Shown here: one piece after another, positions 46,666 to 57,500 of the stretch | Layout: each line of letters starts with the position of its first letter | Numbering within the stretch: position 1 is the first letter of the stretch | Assembly: GCA_930979925.1 (NCBI GenBank) | Contig: CAKNIB010000006.1 | Coordinates: 1,233 to 65,232 of the forward strand | DNA from: an uncultured Clostridia bacterium | Lineage (GTDB): Bacteria; Bacillota; Clostridia; Christensenellales; UBA1242 | Direction of reading: 5' to 3' | Length of the DNA stretch: 64,000 nucleotides | Translations under genes and position numbers: made by a program | The notes under the pieces: model-generated | The model's input: only the letters and a program-made list of their open reading frames with translations | The model's database searches: none | Told to the model about the DNA's origin: nothing

Positions 46666-48441
46666 ATGAAAAATAGAAGTGAAATTGAGGAGAAATACAC
46701 CTGGGATTTAACCCCACTATGTAAAAATGATGAAGAATTTTATAAAAAACTACAAAAAATTAATGATTATTTGCCAAAATTAAAGGCATTTGAAGGAAAA
46801 CTTAACAATAAAGAGACTATCTATGAATTTTTAAAACTTGACGAAGAGTTTTCAAAGTTTGTCGAGCCCATTGCCTTGTACGCACATCTTAGGTCTGACG
46901 AAGTTTTGTCTGACGATAGTAGACAGGAGATGGGTGAAAAGTTGTCTCATATTTTAAATATCTTTTCAATTGAGACTTCTTTTGCCTCTTCTGAGCTTAG
47001 TAAACTTTCAAACGCAATGCTAGATGATATTATAAAAGATAAAAAATTTGAAAATTATAATAGGATGTTTGAAGAAATCAAAAGAGACAAAAAACATATG
47101 CTATCAAAAAGCGAAGAAAAATTGCTTTCTGGCATGAATTTTCTTTCTGGTTTTTCGTCAAATATGGAGCTTCTTGCCGATGTTGATATTAAGTTTGGTA
47201 ATATTAAAGATAGCAAAGGCAAAATGCATGAGCTAAATCAGTCGACATATACAAATCTTGTAAGAAGTGATGATAGAAAGCTACGCAGACTTGCCATGAC
47301 CAAACTCAATGGCACTTTTGGCGATTATATCAATATGCTTGCAAATAACTATATTAATGATGTCAAATCTAATTGCTATTTTGCAAAAGTTAGAAAATAC
47401 AAGTCAGCACTTGACTCGGCACTGCTTTCTGAAGAGATAGATAAAAAAGTCTATGATATGCTGATAAAAGAGGTTGGTAAAAATCTCCCAGTTCTTTTTG
47501 ACTACTTTAAAACCAAACAAAAACTCTTAGGCGTAAAAACCATGTATGTTTATGACCACATGGCAAATGTCGGACACACAACAACTCATAAATATACTTA
47601 TGACGAGGCTATAGAGATAATAAAGAAGGCAGTTAGCCCACTAGGCGAGGAGTACGTCGCACTGATAGACCGCGCAAAAAATGAGCGCTGGATAGATGTT
47701 TATCCAAGCAAAGACAAAGCATCAGGCGCCTATCAAACAGGTGTAAATGGAGTGCATCCATATGTGCTGACAAACTTTGAGGGCGACCTTGACTCGATTT
47801 TTACTCTCGCACATGAGCTCGGCCACGCAATGCACAGCTATTATTCTGACAAGACCCAAGTTTATCAAAAATCAAATTATCCAATATTCTTGGCAGAAAT
47901 CGCATCGACTACCAATGAAATGCTACTGATAAACTATCTTTTGTCGGTTGCTAAGAGTAAGGAAGAAAAAATAGCTCTTTATAACAAACTATTTGATGAG
48001 GTCAAAGGTAGTATCTTTAGACAGACCATGTTTGCCGAGTTTGAAGAGAAAGTGCACTCTCTTTGCGAAGAGGGCGAGCCTCTAACCAAGGATAGACTAT
48101 GCGAAACATACTATTTTCTTGCCATGAAGTACTTTGGACCAGTCAAACTTATCAAAGAAATAAGGTACGAGTGGGCAAGAATACCTCATTTCTTTAGAGC
48201 GTTTTATGTTTACAAATATGCAACAGGCATGATTTCGGCTATAACATTTACAAACAGGATATTATCAAATGATAAGGATGCACGCTCTGATTATATTAAG
48301 TTTTTATCAGCAGGTTGTAGTGAAAAACCATTAAAAATTTTGCAAAATTCTGGTTGCGACCTATTAGACGCCAAAACTTTCTCGTCATGCTTTGATTATT
48401 TAAAGAAGATGATGGCAGAGTGGAAAGCTTTAATAGATTAA
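46666..48441 (+). CDS. pepF: Oligoendopeptidase F (peptidase M3B)
   Basis: The protein is 591 aa with the zinc motif HELGHAMH and an M3B-type layout. Confidence 0.85.
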   Translation: MKNRSEIEEKYTWDLTPLCKNDEEFYKKLQKINDYLPKLKAFEGKLNNKETIYEFLKLDEEFSKFVEPIALYAHLRSDEVLSDDSRQEMGEKLSHILNIFSIETSFASSELSKLSNAMLDDIIKDKKFENYNRMFEEIKRDKKHMLSKSEEKLLSGMNFLSGFSSNMELLADVDIKFGNIKDSKGKMHELNQSTYTNLVRSDDRKLRRLAMTKLNGTFGDYINMLANNYINDVKSNCYFAKVRKYKSALDSALLSEEIDKKVYDMLIKEVGKNLPVLFDYFKTKQKLLGVKTMYVYDHMANVGHTTTHKYTYDEAIEIIKKAVSPLGEEYVALIDRAKNERWIDVYPSKDKASGAYQTGVNGVHPYVLTNFEGDLDSIFTLAHELGHAMHSYYSDKTQVYQKSNYPIFLAEIASTTNEMLLINYLLSVAKSKEEKIALYNKLFDEVKGSIFRQTMFAEFEEKVHSLCEEGEPLTKDRLCETYYFLAMKYFGPVKLIKEIRYEWARIPHFFRAFYVYKYATGMISAITFTNRILSNDKDARSDYIKFLSAGCSEKPLKILQNSGCDLLDAKTFSSCFDYLKKMMAEWKALID

Positions 48442-48454
48442 TTATGACGGAAAT

Positions 48455-48484
48455 TAAGGACTTTATATCTAAGTCCTTTTTTCT
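48455..48484 (+). terminator. Rho-independent terminator after pepF
   Basis: The stem is AAGGACTT/AAGTCCTT, followed by a T-run. Confidence 0.75.
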
Positions 48485-48626
48485 TTTACTCTTTATTTTG
48501 ACGCAACTTGCTTTTAGTTGACAAAAATAAATTTTTATTATACATTATAAAAGAATTTTATAAAGATATGTAGGTATGTACATATATCAAAACAAAAATA
48601 GAATAATAATTATAAGGATAAATCAA

Positions 48627-49508
48627 ATGCTTAAAGTTGTAAATCTAGTAAAAACATATGGCGATTCTAATAATCCCACCGTCAAAAATATATCTTTTGA
48701 GGTAAATGACGGTGAAATTTTTGGTTTTTTAGGCTCTAACGGTGCCGGAAAAACTACAACAATAAAATGTATTTGTGGTATTCTTCCTTTTGAAATAGGG
48801 GATGTTTTTATTGATGGGATAAGTTTAAAAGAAAACCCAAGCGAAGCGAAATTAAAACTTGCCTACATATCTGATAACCATGCGGTCTTTGAAAGACTTA
48901 CAGGACGAGAATACGTCAATCATATAGCAAATTTATATAACACTCCAAAAGAGGAGAGAGATAAAGTTGTCTCTGAGCTTCTTGAGGCTTTTAATTTATC
49001 ATTTGCCTATGACCGCCCAATCAAAAGTTACAGCCATGGTATGAAACAAAAGATAAATGTCATAGCAGGACTTGTACATAAACCAAAACTTTGGGTTCTA
49101 GACGAGCCTCTTCTTGGTCTTGACCCACAAAGTGGTATAGAGCTTAAAAAGATTATGCGCAAACACGCACAAGAGGGCAACACTGTATTCTTTAGTAGTC
49201 ATATACTAGAGGTTGTTGAAAGTCTTTGCGACCGCGTTGGCGTGCTTAATAAAGGCTATTTAGTTGGCGTTATTGACCTTCACAAACTTAAAGAGAGCGG
49301 ACAAAGCCTAGAGGAAATTTTTGTCAAACTTACATCAGAAGAAAGTGCTGAAACGATATATATACCGCCTAGGGATGTAGATGTTGACAATAAAGAGGAA
49401 GGAATAAAAACTGAAGATTTTAAAATAACGAAGATAGAAAAAAGAACAAAAGAAAAAGCTTCAAAGACTAAAAAATCAGAAAAAATTAAGAAAAAAGACC
49501 AAAAATAA
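48627..49508 (+). CDS. ABC transporter ATP-binding protein (ABC-2/DrrA-like) with a Lys-rich C-terminal tail
   Basis: The motifs are Walker A GSNGAGKTT, signature SHGMKQK and Walker B LWVLDEP. I chose the start MLKVVNLVKTYG at 48627 with SD TAAGGA. Confidence 0.85.
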   Translation: MLKVVNLVKTYGDSNNPTVKNISFEVNDGEIFGFLGSNGAGKTTTIKCICGILPFEIGDVFIDGISLKENPSEAKLKLAYISDNHAVFERLTGREYVNHIANLYNTPKEERDKVVSELLEAFNLSFAYDRPIKSYSHGMKQKINVIAGLVHKPKLWVLDEPLLGLDPQSGIELKKIMRKHAQEGNTVFFSSHILEVVESLCDRVGVLNKGYLVGVIDLHKLKESGQSLEEIFVKLTSEESAETIYIPPRDVDVDNKEEGIKTEDFKITKIEKRTKEKASKTKKSEKIKKKDQK

Positions 49509-49570
49509 ACAATTTTTTCAAGAAAAAAGCTTATTTTTTTAAAATTAACTAAAATTTTACCGGAGGAACA

Positions 49571-51175
49571 ATGCCTACCATCTTAAAACTATTTAAACTA
49601 CAAATAGATGAAAAGATGAATATATTTAGAAGTGGTAAGTGGTGGAAAGTGCTACTTACAATCTTTTTGTATTTGGCTATTATCGCAGGCGCCTCGGTAG
49701 GACTAATTTACGCTTTTATAAGGTTTAATGGTATTGGTCTTGCAGTAGATACCAATCTTTTTGCAGTTCTTTTGATGTTTACTCAAATTTTGTCTTTTGT
49801 AATAGCTCTTGGCTCTATTATAAAGAATTTATATCACAGCAAAGAAAACGACCTTTTAATGAGCCTTCCATGTAGCCACAATCAAGTATTTATTTCAAAA
49901 TTGATGGTTCTATATTTTAACGAGCTTGTTGCAAATACTCTTTATACCACACCTATATTTATAATGTATAGCTTTGTTTCTAATGTAAATATTGGCTATT
50001 ATTTTCTTTGCTTGCTATTTTTATTTTTGCTTCCACTTATGTCACTTGTTTTTGCAGGCTTTTTCTCAATACCAATTATGTACATATCAAATAAACTTAA
50101 AAAGTATCCTGTTTGGTCAAGCGTTGTCCTCGTGGTAGTCGTTGCTGTGCTTGTTGGGTTATATATGTATTTAATCATTTCATTTACCTCAAGCATAGAC
50201 TTTTCTGGCAAACAATCGACAATTTTATCAAATATTAACGACATAATAGCGCGTATTTCAGTCTATAGTGGTGTATTTAGGTTTATGGCAGAGGGTATCT
50301 TGGCAGAGACTGGCTGGTGGTGGAAGGATATAGTTATAATCGCAGTCACTGCCATCATGTTTGTCCTAACAGTATTAATAGTTAAAAAGTTCTATTTTAA
50401 CCTAGCTATGAAAAATAGCGAGACAACTACAAAAGCTCGCCGCGGCAAGGATTATATTGAACCACCTTTCAAAAGCATTCTTCGCAAGGAGACCTATACA
50501 ATCTTCCGCGAGCCCGGCAATGTTTTCCAGTATTTTATCTTTACAATTTTAATGCCTTTTATTGTGCTTTTGTATGATAAAATGTTACTAAGTATCACTG
50601 TCAATCAAACAGGTCAGGCAATGATAGTTGCAAGCCATGTCCTAGTTGTTGCAATACTTGCCATGCTATCAAACATAGTTAGCGCAACAGCAATATCAAG
50701 AGAGGGTGGTAATTTTTACATATCTAAATTGTCTCCAGCTTCACCAAGACTGCAAACAAATGCTAAAATAGTATTTAATTTGTTTTTCACCTATGGCGCA
50801 CTAATAATTACAGCAATTTTTACAGCAATTTTTACCGACATCCCAATTTTATACAATATTCTTACAACAATCGCCGTAGCTATTATGTCACTTGGTCATA
50901 TTATCACAAGCGTGCTGATTGACCTAAAAAAGCCAGTTCTCGACTGGTTTGACTCAAATGATATAGAAAAAATGTCAAAAAGCACAAAAATTTCAATGGT
51001 TCTTGGGCTTATTTTTGCCTTTTTGATGTTTATTATAGTTGTAGTTTTTGCTCCAACATCTCACACAGAGCTGCCATGGTATATATTAATAGGTTCGGTT
51101 TCTCTCTACACAATAGCCATAATGATTTACTATCATTTGCGTATCAATAAAATCTATCAAAAGGTGGAGTGTTAA
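49571..51175 (+). CDS. Polytopic membrane protein, putative fused ABC exporter permease
   Basis: The protein is 534 aa with about 12 hydrophobic segments in two halves. The second half begins FKSILRKETYTIFREPG. The motif DLLMSLPCSHNQVFISKL resembles the putative-ABC-exporter families as I recall them. Confidence 0.6.
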   Translation: MPTILKLFKLQIDEKMNIFRSGKWWKVLLTIFLYLAIIAGASVGLIYAFIRFNGIGLAVDTNLFAVLLMFTQILSFVIALGSIIKNLYHSKENDLLMSLPCSHNQVFISKLMVLYFNELVANTLYTTPIFIMYSFVSNVNIGYYFLCLLFLFLLPLMSLVFAGFFSIPIMYISNKLKKYPVWSSVVLVVVVAVLVGLYMYLIISFTSSIDFSGKQSTILSNINDIIARISVYSGVFRFMAEGILAETGWWWKDIVIIAVTAIMFVLTVLIVKKFYFNLAMKNSETTTKARRGKDYIEPPFKSILRKETYTIFREPGNVFQYFIFTILMPFIVLLYDKMLLSITVNQTGQAMIVASHVLVVAILAMLSNIVSATAISREGGNFYISKLSPASPRLQTNAKIVFNLFFTYGALIITAIFTAIFTDIPILYNILTTIAVAIMSLGHIITSVLIDLKKPVLDWFDSNDIEKMSKSTKISMVLGLIFAFLMFIIVVVFAPTSHTELPWYILIGSVSLYTIAIMIYYHLRINKIYQKVEC

Positions 51176-51176
51176 C

Positions 51177-52037
51177 ATGAAAAAAGCGATAATTTCCATC
51201 TTAGTACTCCTGCCACTTGTGCTTGTTGTGATAATTGCAATAACAGGCAGAATTTATGGTTCGGTTGAATATGTAGATGTCAGCGAAGTGTACTTTGTCG
51301 ACGAAGATGGCAAGAGAATAGACTCAATGTCAATATATGTAGATCAGACGGAAACTCTCAATTATGTTGTAGGCCCAAGCCTTGCAACCAATAAAAATGT
51401 AACTTTTAGGTCGGAGAACGCTGATATATGCTCAGTAAACGGCCAAGGCGTAATCACAGGAAATAGCGTAGGTCAAACAGATATAGTGATTTCTTCAATA
51501 AATAACATTGAGGCAAGACTTACAATTAATGTCCGCTCAAGTGGCTCGACCAATATAACTCTTTCTCACACCTCGCTCAACGGTTACCTTGGTTGCAATG
51601 CTATTATAACCGCTTTGGCTCAGCCATCAACTGAGACTCAGTATATTACTTGGCAGTCAAGCGATACAAACATTGTTTCAGTTAACGGACAGGGCAGGTC
51701 AGCTACACTTTCATTTAATGGAATAGGACAGACGACAATATATGCAACTTCAAGAGACGGACTTAGTGCAAGTTGCACTGTCACAGTTACAGATAGTGGT
51801 GTGCGATTTGTAGAAGACACAATCACAGTGCCAATCGGAAGCATTGACTTAATCAACTTCCTAGTAAATTATCAAAGAGAGCAAATTTATTTTGAAAAAA
51901 CGGGAGGAAGTGGTACTATAGAGGGTAGCATCCTTACATGTAATGGAGTTGGGGTTGCCCGAGTAAGATTTTATATAATTGCAGATAATAGCAATGAAAC
52001 ACTCAACTATGACGAAGCAATATTTAGATTTGTGTAA
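51177..52037 (+). CDS. Membrane-anchored protein with bacterial Ig-like (Big_2-type) domains
   Basis: An N-terminal TM anchor is present. Big_2-like repeats include ENADICSVNGQGVITGNSVGQTDIVIS and SSDTNIVSVNGQGRSATLSFNGIGQTTIYATS. The start lies 1 nt after the permease stop. Confidence 0.6.
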   Translation: MKKAIISILVLLPLVLVVIIAITGRIYGSVEYVDVSEVYFVDEDGKRIDSMSIYVDQTETLNYVVGPSLATNKNVTFRSENADICSVNGQGVITGNSVGQTDIVISSINNIEARLTINVRSSGSTNITLSHTSLNGYLGCNAIITALAQPSTETQYITWQSSDTNIVSVNGQGRSATLSFNGIGQTTIYATSRDGLSASCTVTVTDSGVRFVEDTITVPIGSIDLINFLVNYQREQIYFEKTGGSGTIEGSILTCNGVGVARVRFYIIADNSNETLNYDEAIFRFV

Positions 52038-52055
52038 GCTTAAAAGGAGAAGATA

Positions 52056-54542
52056 ATGATAAAGATTAAATCAGCAAGCCTATTAAAAGCTTTTCTTATT
52101 ATTGCAATAGCTCTTTTTGCAGTTCTTTTAGTAGGTTGTGGCGATAAAGAAGTAACAGAGTTAAGACTATCGCTTACAAACAGCAGTAAACTTTCATATT
52201 CTCCAAGAGAAATAGTTAACCTGACGATTGAAGCAAACGTAGAATTTGACGAAAACAATATAACCCTTGTCGTTACAAACGGCAATAGCGACGTTACTAT
52301 TATGGGTAGCTCGCTAAAGATAAACGACGACGCACAGCCTGGTCAAACAATAACTCTTTACGCTACATATGGAGAGGTTATAAGTAACATCTTGACTTTT
52401 TCAGTTGCGCACATTGAGGCAAACGAGATTTTTCTTAACATAGACCAAGATGTCTTTTACTCAAGTGAAATTATCGCTCTTTCAGCTACATACCTTCCAA
52501 CAAATGCCACACGACCACTCGAGTATACAATAGTAGAAGGTCAAGACAAAGCAAGCATAATCGATGGCAATAGACTGTCAATAAACGGCAACGCTCAAAC
52601 AGGTGATAAAATAAGAGTTTGCGCTAAAATGGGCGAGGTTTATTCCGAGCCGTTTGAAATAACAGTGACCGCACTTACTGATAACATGATAAGCGGATTT
52701 ATGTTTAACAATTCTTCTCTTACTATAGACTCAAGTATAGATAGCCTTTCACAATCTATTTATATTAGTGCCTATGTCGGAGATGATTTTAGACAGATAA
52801 CCACAAACCTTCCAACTTTGACAGTTGCAGAAGGCGAGGATGTTATAAGAATTATAGATAACAACCATATAGAAGCATTAAATAGCGGAAGTGCAACAAT
52901 CTCTGCTAAATATAAAAATTTTGAGGAGCAACAACTGACAGTTACTGTTAACATGACTCCAGACCAAGTTAGACTCCCTGAAAACTTTAGAGAGGTGGCA
53001 GATTATAACTACGCTCATTCTCAGGCAATTGAGTTTTCTCCATCTATTATAAACTCACATGGTAGCGAAGACCTTAAGATGATGGTTTCAGGCACACTAA
53101 ACGCAACCTTTTTAAGTGAAGATGGCGTATGGAGGTTAGAGAACGGCTCTCAAGACATTTCTTATGATGGAAAAGAACTTACAATCAACACAATAGGTGA
53201 CTATGAGATATACTTTGAGTCTCTTTCGGGATGTGCAGTAGAGGTGCAAAGCCCAAAAATGACTTTAAGCATAAATAATGGCACAAACGTTTCAACAAAA
53301 GAGGAATTTATCTCAGCCCTTTCGCCAAGAGAGGAAGCCGTTGTCAATCTAACATGCGATATATTCTTTGAAGGCGGAAGCGAAGTAGTAAATGCCTATG
53401 GCGACAAAACAATAAATGGTAATGGCTTTAAAATTGACCTGTCTTCTCAACTTACCGACGCCGAAATGGCTAAGAAAGGTCTAGATTATGGTGGCAGTTG
53501 CTTCTTAAACTTTTATAGTAACGACAATACCACACCATATAATGTTCTTTTACAAGATTTAGAGATAGTTGGTAATGTTGGTATGCTTAGCCTTGAAGAA
53601 TTTGCTAAATATAAAGGTGACAGCGAAGAGGAAGTAAATAATCATCTAACATCAGCAGATACCGATTATTTTACCGAGACTGGCTATAAGTGGGCGCTAA
53701 ACTTTAGTGCAACAAACTCAATCACTCCTGACGGAAACACAGCTTATACTTATTGCGTGCCAGTAGTAAAAAATGTAACAATCTCACAATTTACATGTGG
53801 AATTAGCTTTGAGCATTGCATTGATGAAATAGCACTAGGCATTCAAAATCCTAGAGCAGCCATAGAGGATGTAACTCTTTTTGACCTCTTTGGTGATGGC
53901 GTAAGATGTATGGGCTCAAAGATATCAGCAGGTGATGTAAACATAGGTACGGTTGGTGGTTCTCCATTTTCATGCAGTGCAACCGATACAGACCTAGCCG
54001 GTATTTATAGAAACGAAAATAATAAATTTATCATTTTAGGCAATATCATTTGTGATAACATTATTGATGGAAGCGGTCTTTATGTAAATGCAGAGATAAT
54101 GGCAACTGGTGGAATAGCAAATGTCTTTGGTGGCGGGTTGTCTGGAATAATAAATACAGCAATCACTGCAATGTCAGCTGAGCTTATGCAACCATATTAT
54201 GGCACGGCAAATGAAAGCGAAATGTATCAAGCAATAAATGAGGGCAGATCTAATATTTTAAACACTCAGGGTAGCAGCAATACATTTAACCTTTTTTGCT
54301 TTACAAGAAATGGAATAGGAGAATATCAGTTTAGCGAAGATAACTCTGCTTTAATAGTTGACTTAAATGACGAATTTTTCTATAATGGTATTGATACTAC
54401 ACATAAATTTATAAAGGTCAATGTGTATGATGTGGTTATGAGTATAGAAACTTTAGGTGCTATTCGCGACCAAGTTATTGCAAATGCAGATGCAATAAAA
54501 CCTATAAACATCATACTAATAAACCTTAATTATCAAGGTTAG
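52056..54542 (+). CDS. Large lipoprotein: N-terminal Ig-like repeats plus a C-terminal beta-helix-like region
   Basis: The lipobox is LLVGC at the end of the signal peptide. About four repeats of ~90 aa have an Ig-like pattern. The C-terminal part contains KTINGNGFKIDL, typical of surface beta-helix modules. Confidence 0.55.
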   Translation: MIKIKSASLLKAFLIIAIALFAVLLVGCGDKEVTELRLSLTNSSKLSYSPREIVNLTIEANVEFDENNITLVVTNGNSDVTIMGSSLKINDDAQPGQTITLYATYGEVISNILTFSVAHIEANEIFLNIDQDVFYSSEIIALSATYLPTNATRPLEYTIVEGQDKASIIDGNRLSINGNAQTGDKIRVCAKMGEVYSEPFEITVTALTDNMISGFMFNNSSLTIDSSIDSLSQSIYISAYVGDDFRQITTNLPTLTVAEGEDVIRIIDNNHIEALNSGSATISAKYKNFEEQQLTVTVNMTPDQVRLPENFREVADYNYAHSQAIEFSPSIINSHGSEDLKMMVSGTLNATFLSEDGVWRLENGSQDISYDGKELTINTIGDYEIYFESLSGCAVEVQSPKMTLSINNGTNVSTKEEFISALSPREEAVVNLTCDIFFEGGSEVVNAYGDKTINGNGFKIDLSSQLTDAEMAKKGLDYGGSCFLNFYSNDNTTPYNVLLQDLEIVGNVGMLSLEEFAKYKGDSEEEVNNHLTSADTDYFTETGYKWALNFSATNSITPDGNTAYTYCVPVVKNVTISQFTCGISFEHCIDEIALGIQNPRAAIEDVTLFDLFGDGVRCMGSKISAGDVNIGTVGGSPFSCSATDTDLAGIYRNENNKFIILGNIICDNIIDGSGLYVNAEIMATGGIANVFGGGLSGIINTAITAMSAELMQPYYGTANESEMYQAINEGRSNILNTQGSSNTFNLFCFTRNGIGEYQFSEDNSALIVDLNDEFFYNGIDTTHKFIKVNVYDVVMSIETLGAIRDQVIANADAIKPINIILINLNYQG

Positions 54543-54551
54543 GAGGATATT

Positions 54552-57500
54552 ATGACTAAGAAAACAAAGATAATTATTTCTTTAGTTTGTGCAGCAGTTG
54601 CCGTTATACTGCTTGTCACTTTGCTTTGCGTTTTTCTTATTAAGGACGACCCATATAAAATTGACGGACAGGGCTCAGTCACAGTTACAAAAAATGAGGA
54701 TGGAACAAGAACGCTAACCGCACAGCCAAATAAGTGGAATGAATTTGTAGGCTGGTATGAAAGCGTAGATGGTCAGCTTGCAGACAAGCCAGTTTCACAA
54801 GAGCTAAGTTATGTTATTGATGATGACGCTCCTGTTTACACAGCAGTATTTGCATCATCTGCCATTAACTCACTTGATAGACTTTTAAACGGTGTTTATA
54901 ATACATATAAAAATGGTATAGCTTCACAGCAAGATTACTTTAACTTCTCCGGTGATATAACACTCAATTTTGCATACGGTGATATTAATATGAATCTTGA
55001 CATTTCAGCAGGTGGCTTCTTTAACTTTGAGGGCAGAGGCAATGAGCTTTATCTTACAGCTAAAGAGCACGCTTCAGGCATGAATATGCTTGGCGCTTAC
55101 TATGTTGATAATGGACTTGATGCCAATCTTTATATAAACCTTTTAGGAAATACCAAGACCATAGTAGTTCCTTCTCTTTCAAGTGTATTTACTGGTATTG
55201 GCGAACTTTCTCCATATACCTGGTCGGTACGCAATGTATTAAACGGCGCTTTAGATAGCGAAACTGCAAACTTAGTTTATAGCGTTATTGACTCAGTACT
55301 TGGTATAACAAATGCACAAGGCTTTTATGAATCAGCAGCAAATGATGCAAGTACCTCATCTTTAAGCTTAAGACTTGGCGTAATGCTTAAAAACTTAAAC
55401 GACCTTCTTGGAAACTTAAATTTAGGCGAACAGGCTTCAGAGATAATTTCTTCAGTACTTGGTATCTTTACAAGCGAATATCCAAACAGCCTCCTTCCAT
55501 CAATCACCCTTGACCTCAACGTAAATTATGAGGAACTTAACGGAGAAGAGGTTGTTGATAATATAGATGTAGCATTTAAAATAGCAGATGACTATAAAAT
55601 AAACGTAGGCGAGGTAGTTACAATAGGTAAGACTGATGTAAATCTCACAATAAATGAGCTTAATATGGGTTTTGCACCAATCGCAAACGCAATAGACCGC
55701 TCTGAGATTGCTATCTTCCCAGACGCAATTAATCTTTTAAATATGCATGTAGGCGGAGAGTTTGCTTTCTTAAATGAGACTCAAAGCGGAGATGATCTTT
55801 CTACAATTTTAGATAGAATTGATTTGTATAACGTTGATTTATATACAGACATCAATCCATTAGCAATAACAAATGCTAGAGGCGAGGATGGCTCACTTGA
55901 CGTTACAAAGATAGATTGGGCAAATCTAGGTATGCTTTCTCTCAGAATATCATTAGATAAAGAAAATTCTGACTTGACAGGACACTATATTGATGACGCA
56001 GATACTTCTAGTGTCGTTGAGCAAGATATAGTTGACGATTACCTAAATATCTATATGGATACAGAAAAGTACGGCGCAAAATTGTTTGTTTTTGCTTCTC
56101 TTTATAACCCAAGCATACACTATTCGGTTAGCATGTTTGGCATGCCTATGACTGTTGACTTAACTCAAGATTATATTTTAAATACCGTTTTTGATATTCC
56201 TACATTTATAGCATATATGAGTAGCGTAGCAGAAAGTCAACCTTCAGATGAGGCAACAACTATTAGCTCAAGACAATTAAACGCAACCACACTTTCTAAT
56301 AAAGAGACTCAAGCTCCAGTAGCACAAACAATTTCATTTGGTTTTGTTCTTGATATAATCACCAGACTTGTAGGTGGCGAGGATGCAAACTCAATAATAT
56401 ATTCTGTATTAGAAACTCTTCTTCCATCTATAGACACAGATGGTGTTGTAACAAATAACTTAACATATAGCGCAGATTATGGCTTAATGTTAAAATTGCA
56501 AGACTATAGAGACTTACTTTCAAACTTACTTGCATCAGATGATACAACTGACGCAGGTGACAGTTCTTTTGATATTGCATCAATATTAAAACTTGATAAC
56601 CTTCTTTTTGGCGAGAACTCAACTCATCTTGCTATTAAGTTTACAGAATTTGACTACGCAGTTGTTGCTAGAGCTCAGTCAACTGAAGGCGAGCTTGGCG
56701 ATTATGTAAATGAAAATAATGAAAGCATTCTTGGCATCTACAATGAACAACACCTAACAGCTATCGGAGTTGAAAACCTCTATACAAAACAGGGTGGAGC
56801 AGGTGGCTCTCAACTACAAATAGAGGATATGACCTTTGACAAAGATACATTTGTTGAAGAAATTAAAGCAATAGATACAATTTATTCTGACCAAATCTTG
56901 TACAGCGATGGCTCGCTGCAAAATGAAATTTCTAATATTATAGGTAGTAGATATGAAGGACGTTTTGGTATCCTTGACGTACAAGTGCTAAGCCAGAACG
57001 ATACTTCGGCAGAAGTTACAATTGTATTAAGAAGAGCAATGCAGGATAATGTAGCATTAGCTGCTGCATCTGGCTCTCCTCTTCCAGCTCCATTTGATAC
57101 AGCAATGGGCGTAGAAGATATATTGTATATTTTAGGCTTCCCATATGGCGTTTATACTTATACAACTACAGTCAAACTAGAAGATACAGCCGATAGCAAT
57201 ATAAACCTTTCAGCATCTATAATGGTTATGGACGCTCAAGCAACAATCAATGGTTATATAAGTGGCGCATTCGACACAACTGGAAATATCAGCATAGGTA
57301 GCACTTCATTTGATGCTACAACAGTAGATGAAACAACTTTTCAAAATATCCAGTATGGCTTTGACGGAGAAAATCCAATAACACTACAGTTTACTATTAC
57401 AAATAATAGTAGCACTCGAGCAATGACAGCAAGAATTGATGACCTTGCTACCGAAAATTTGGCAAGTAATATTAACTATACTATAAATGAAGGAAGCCAA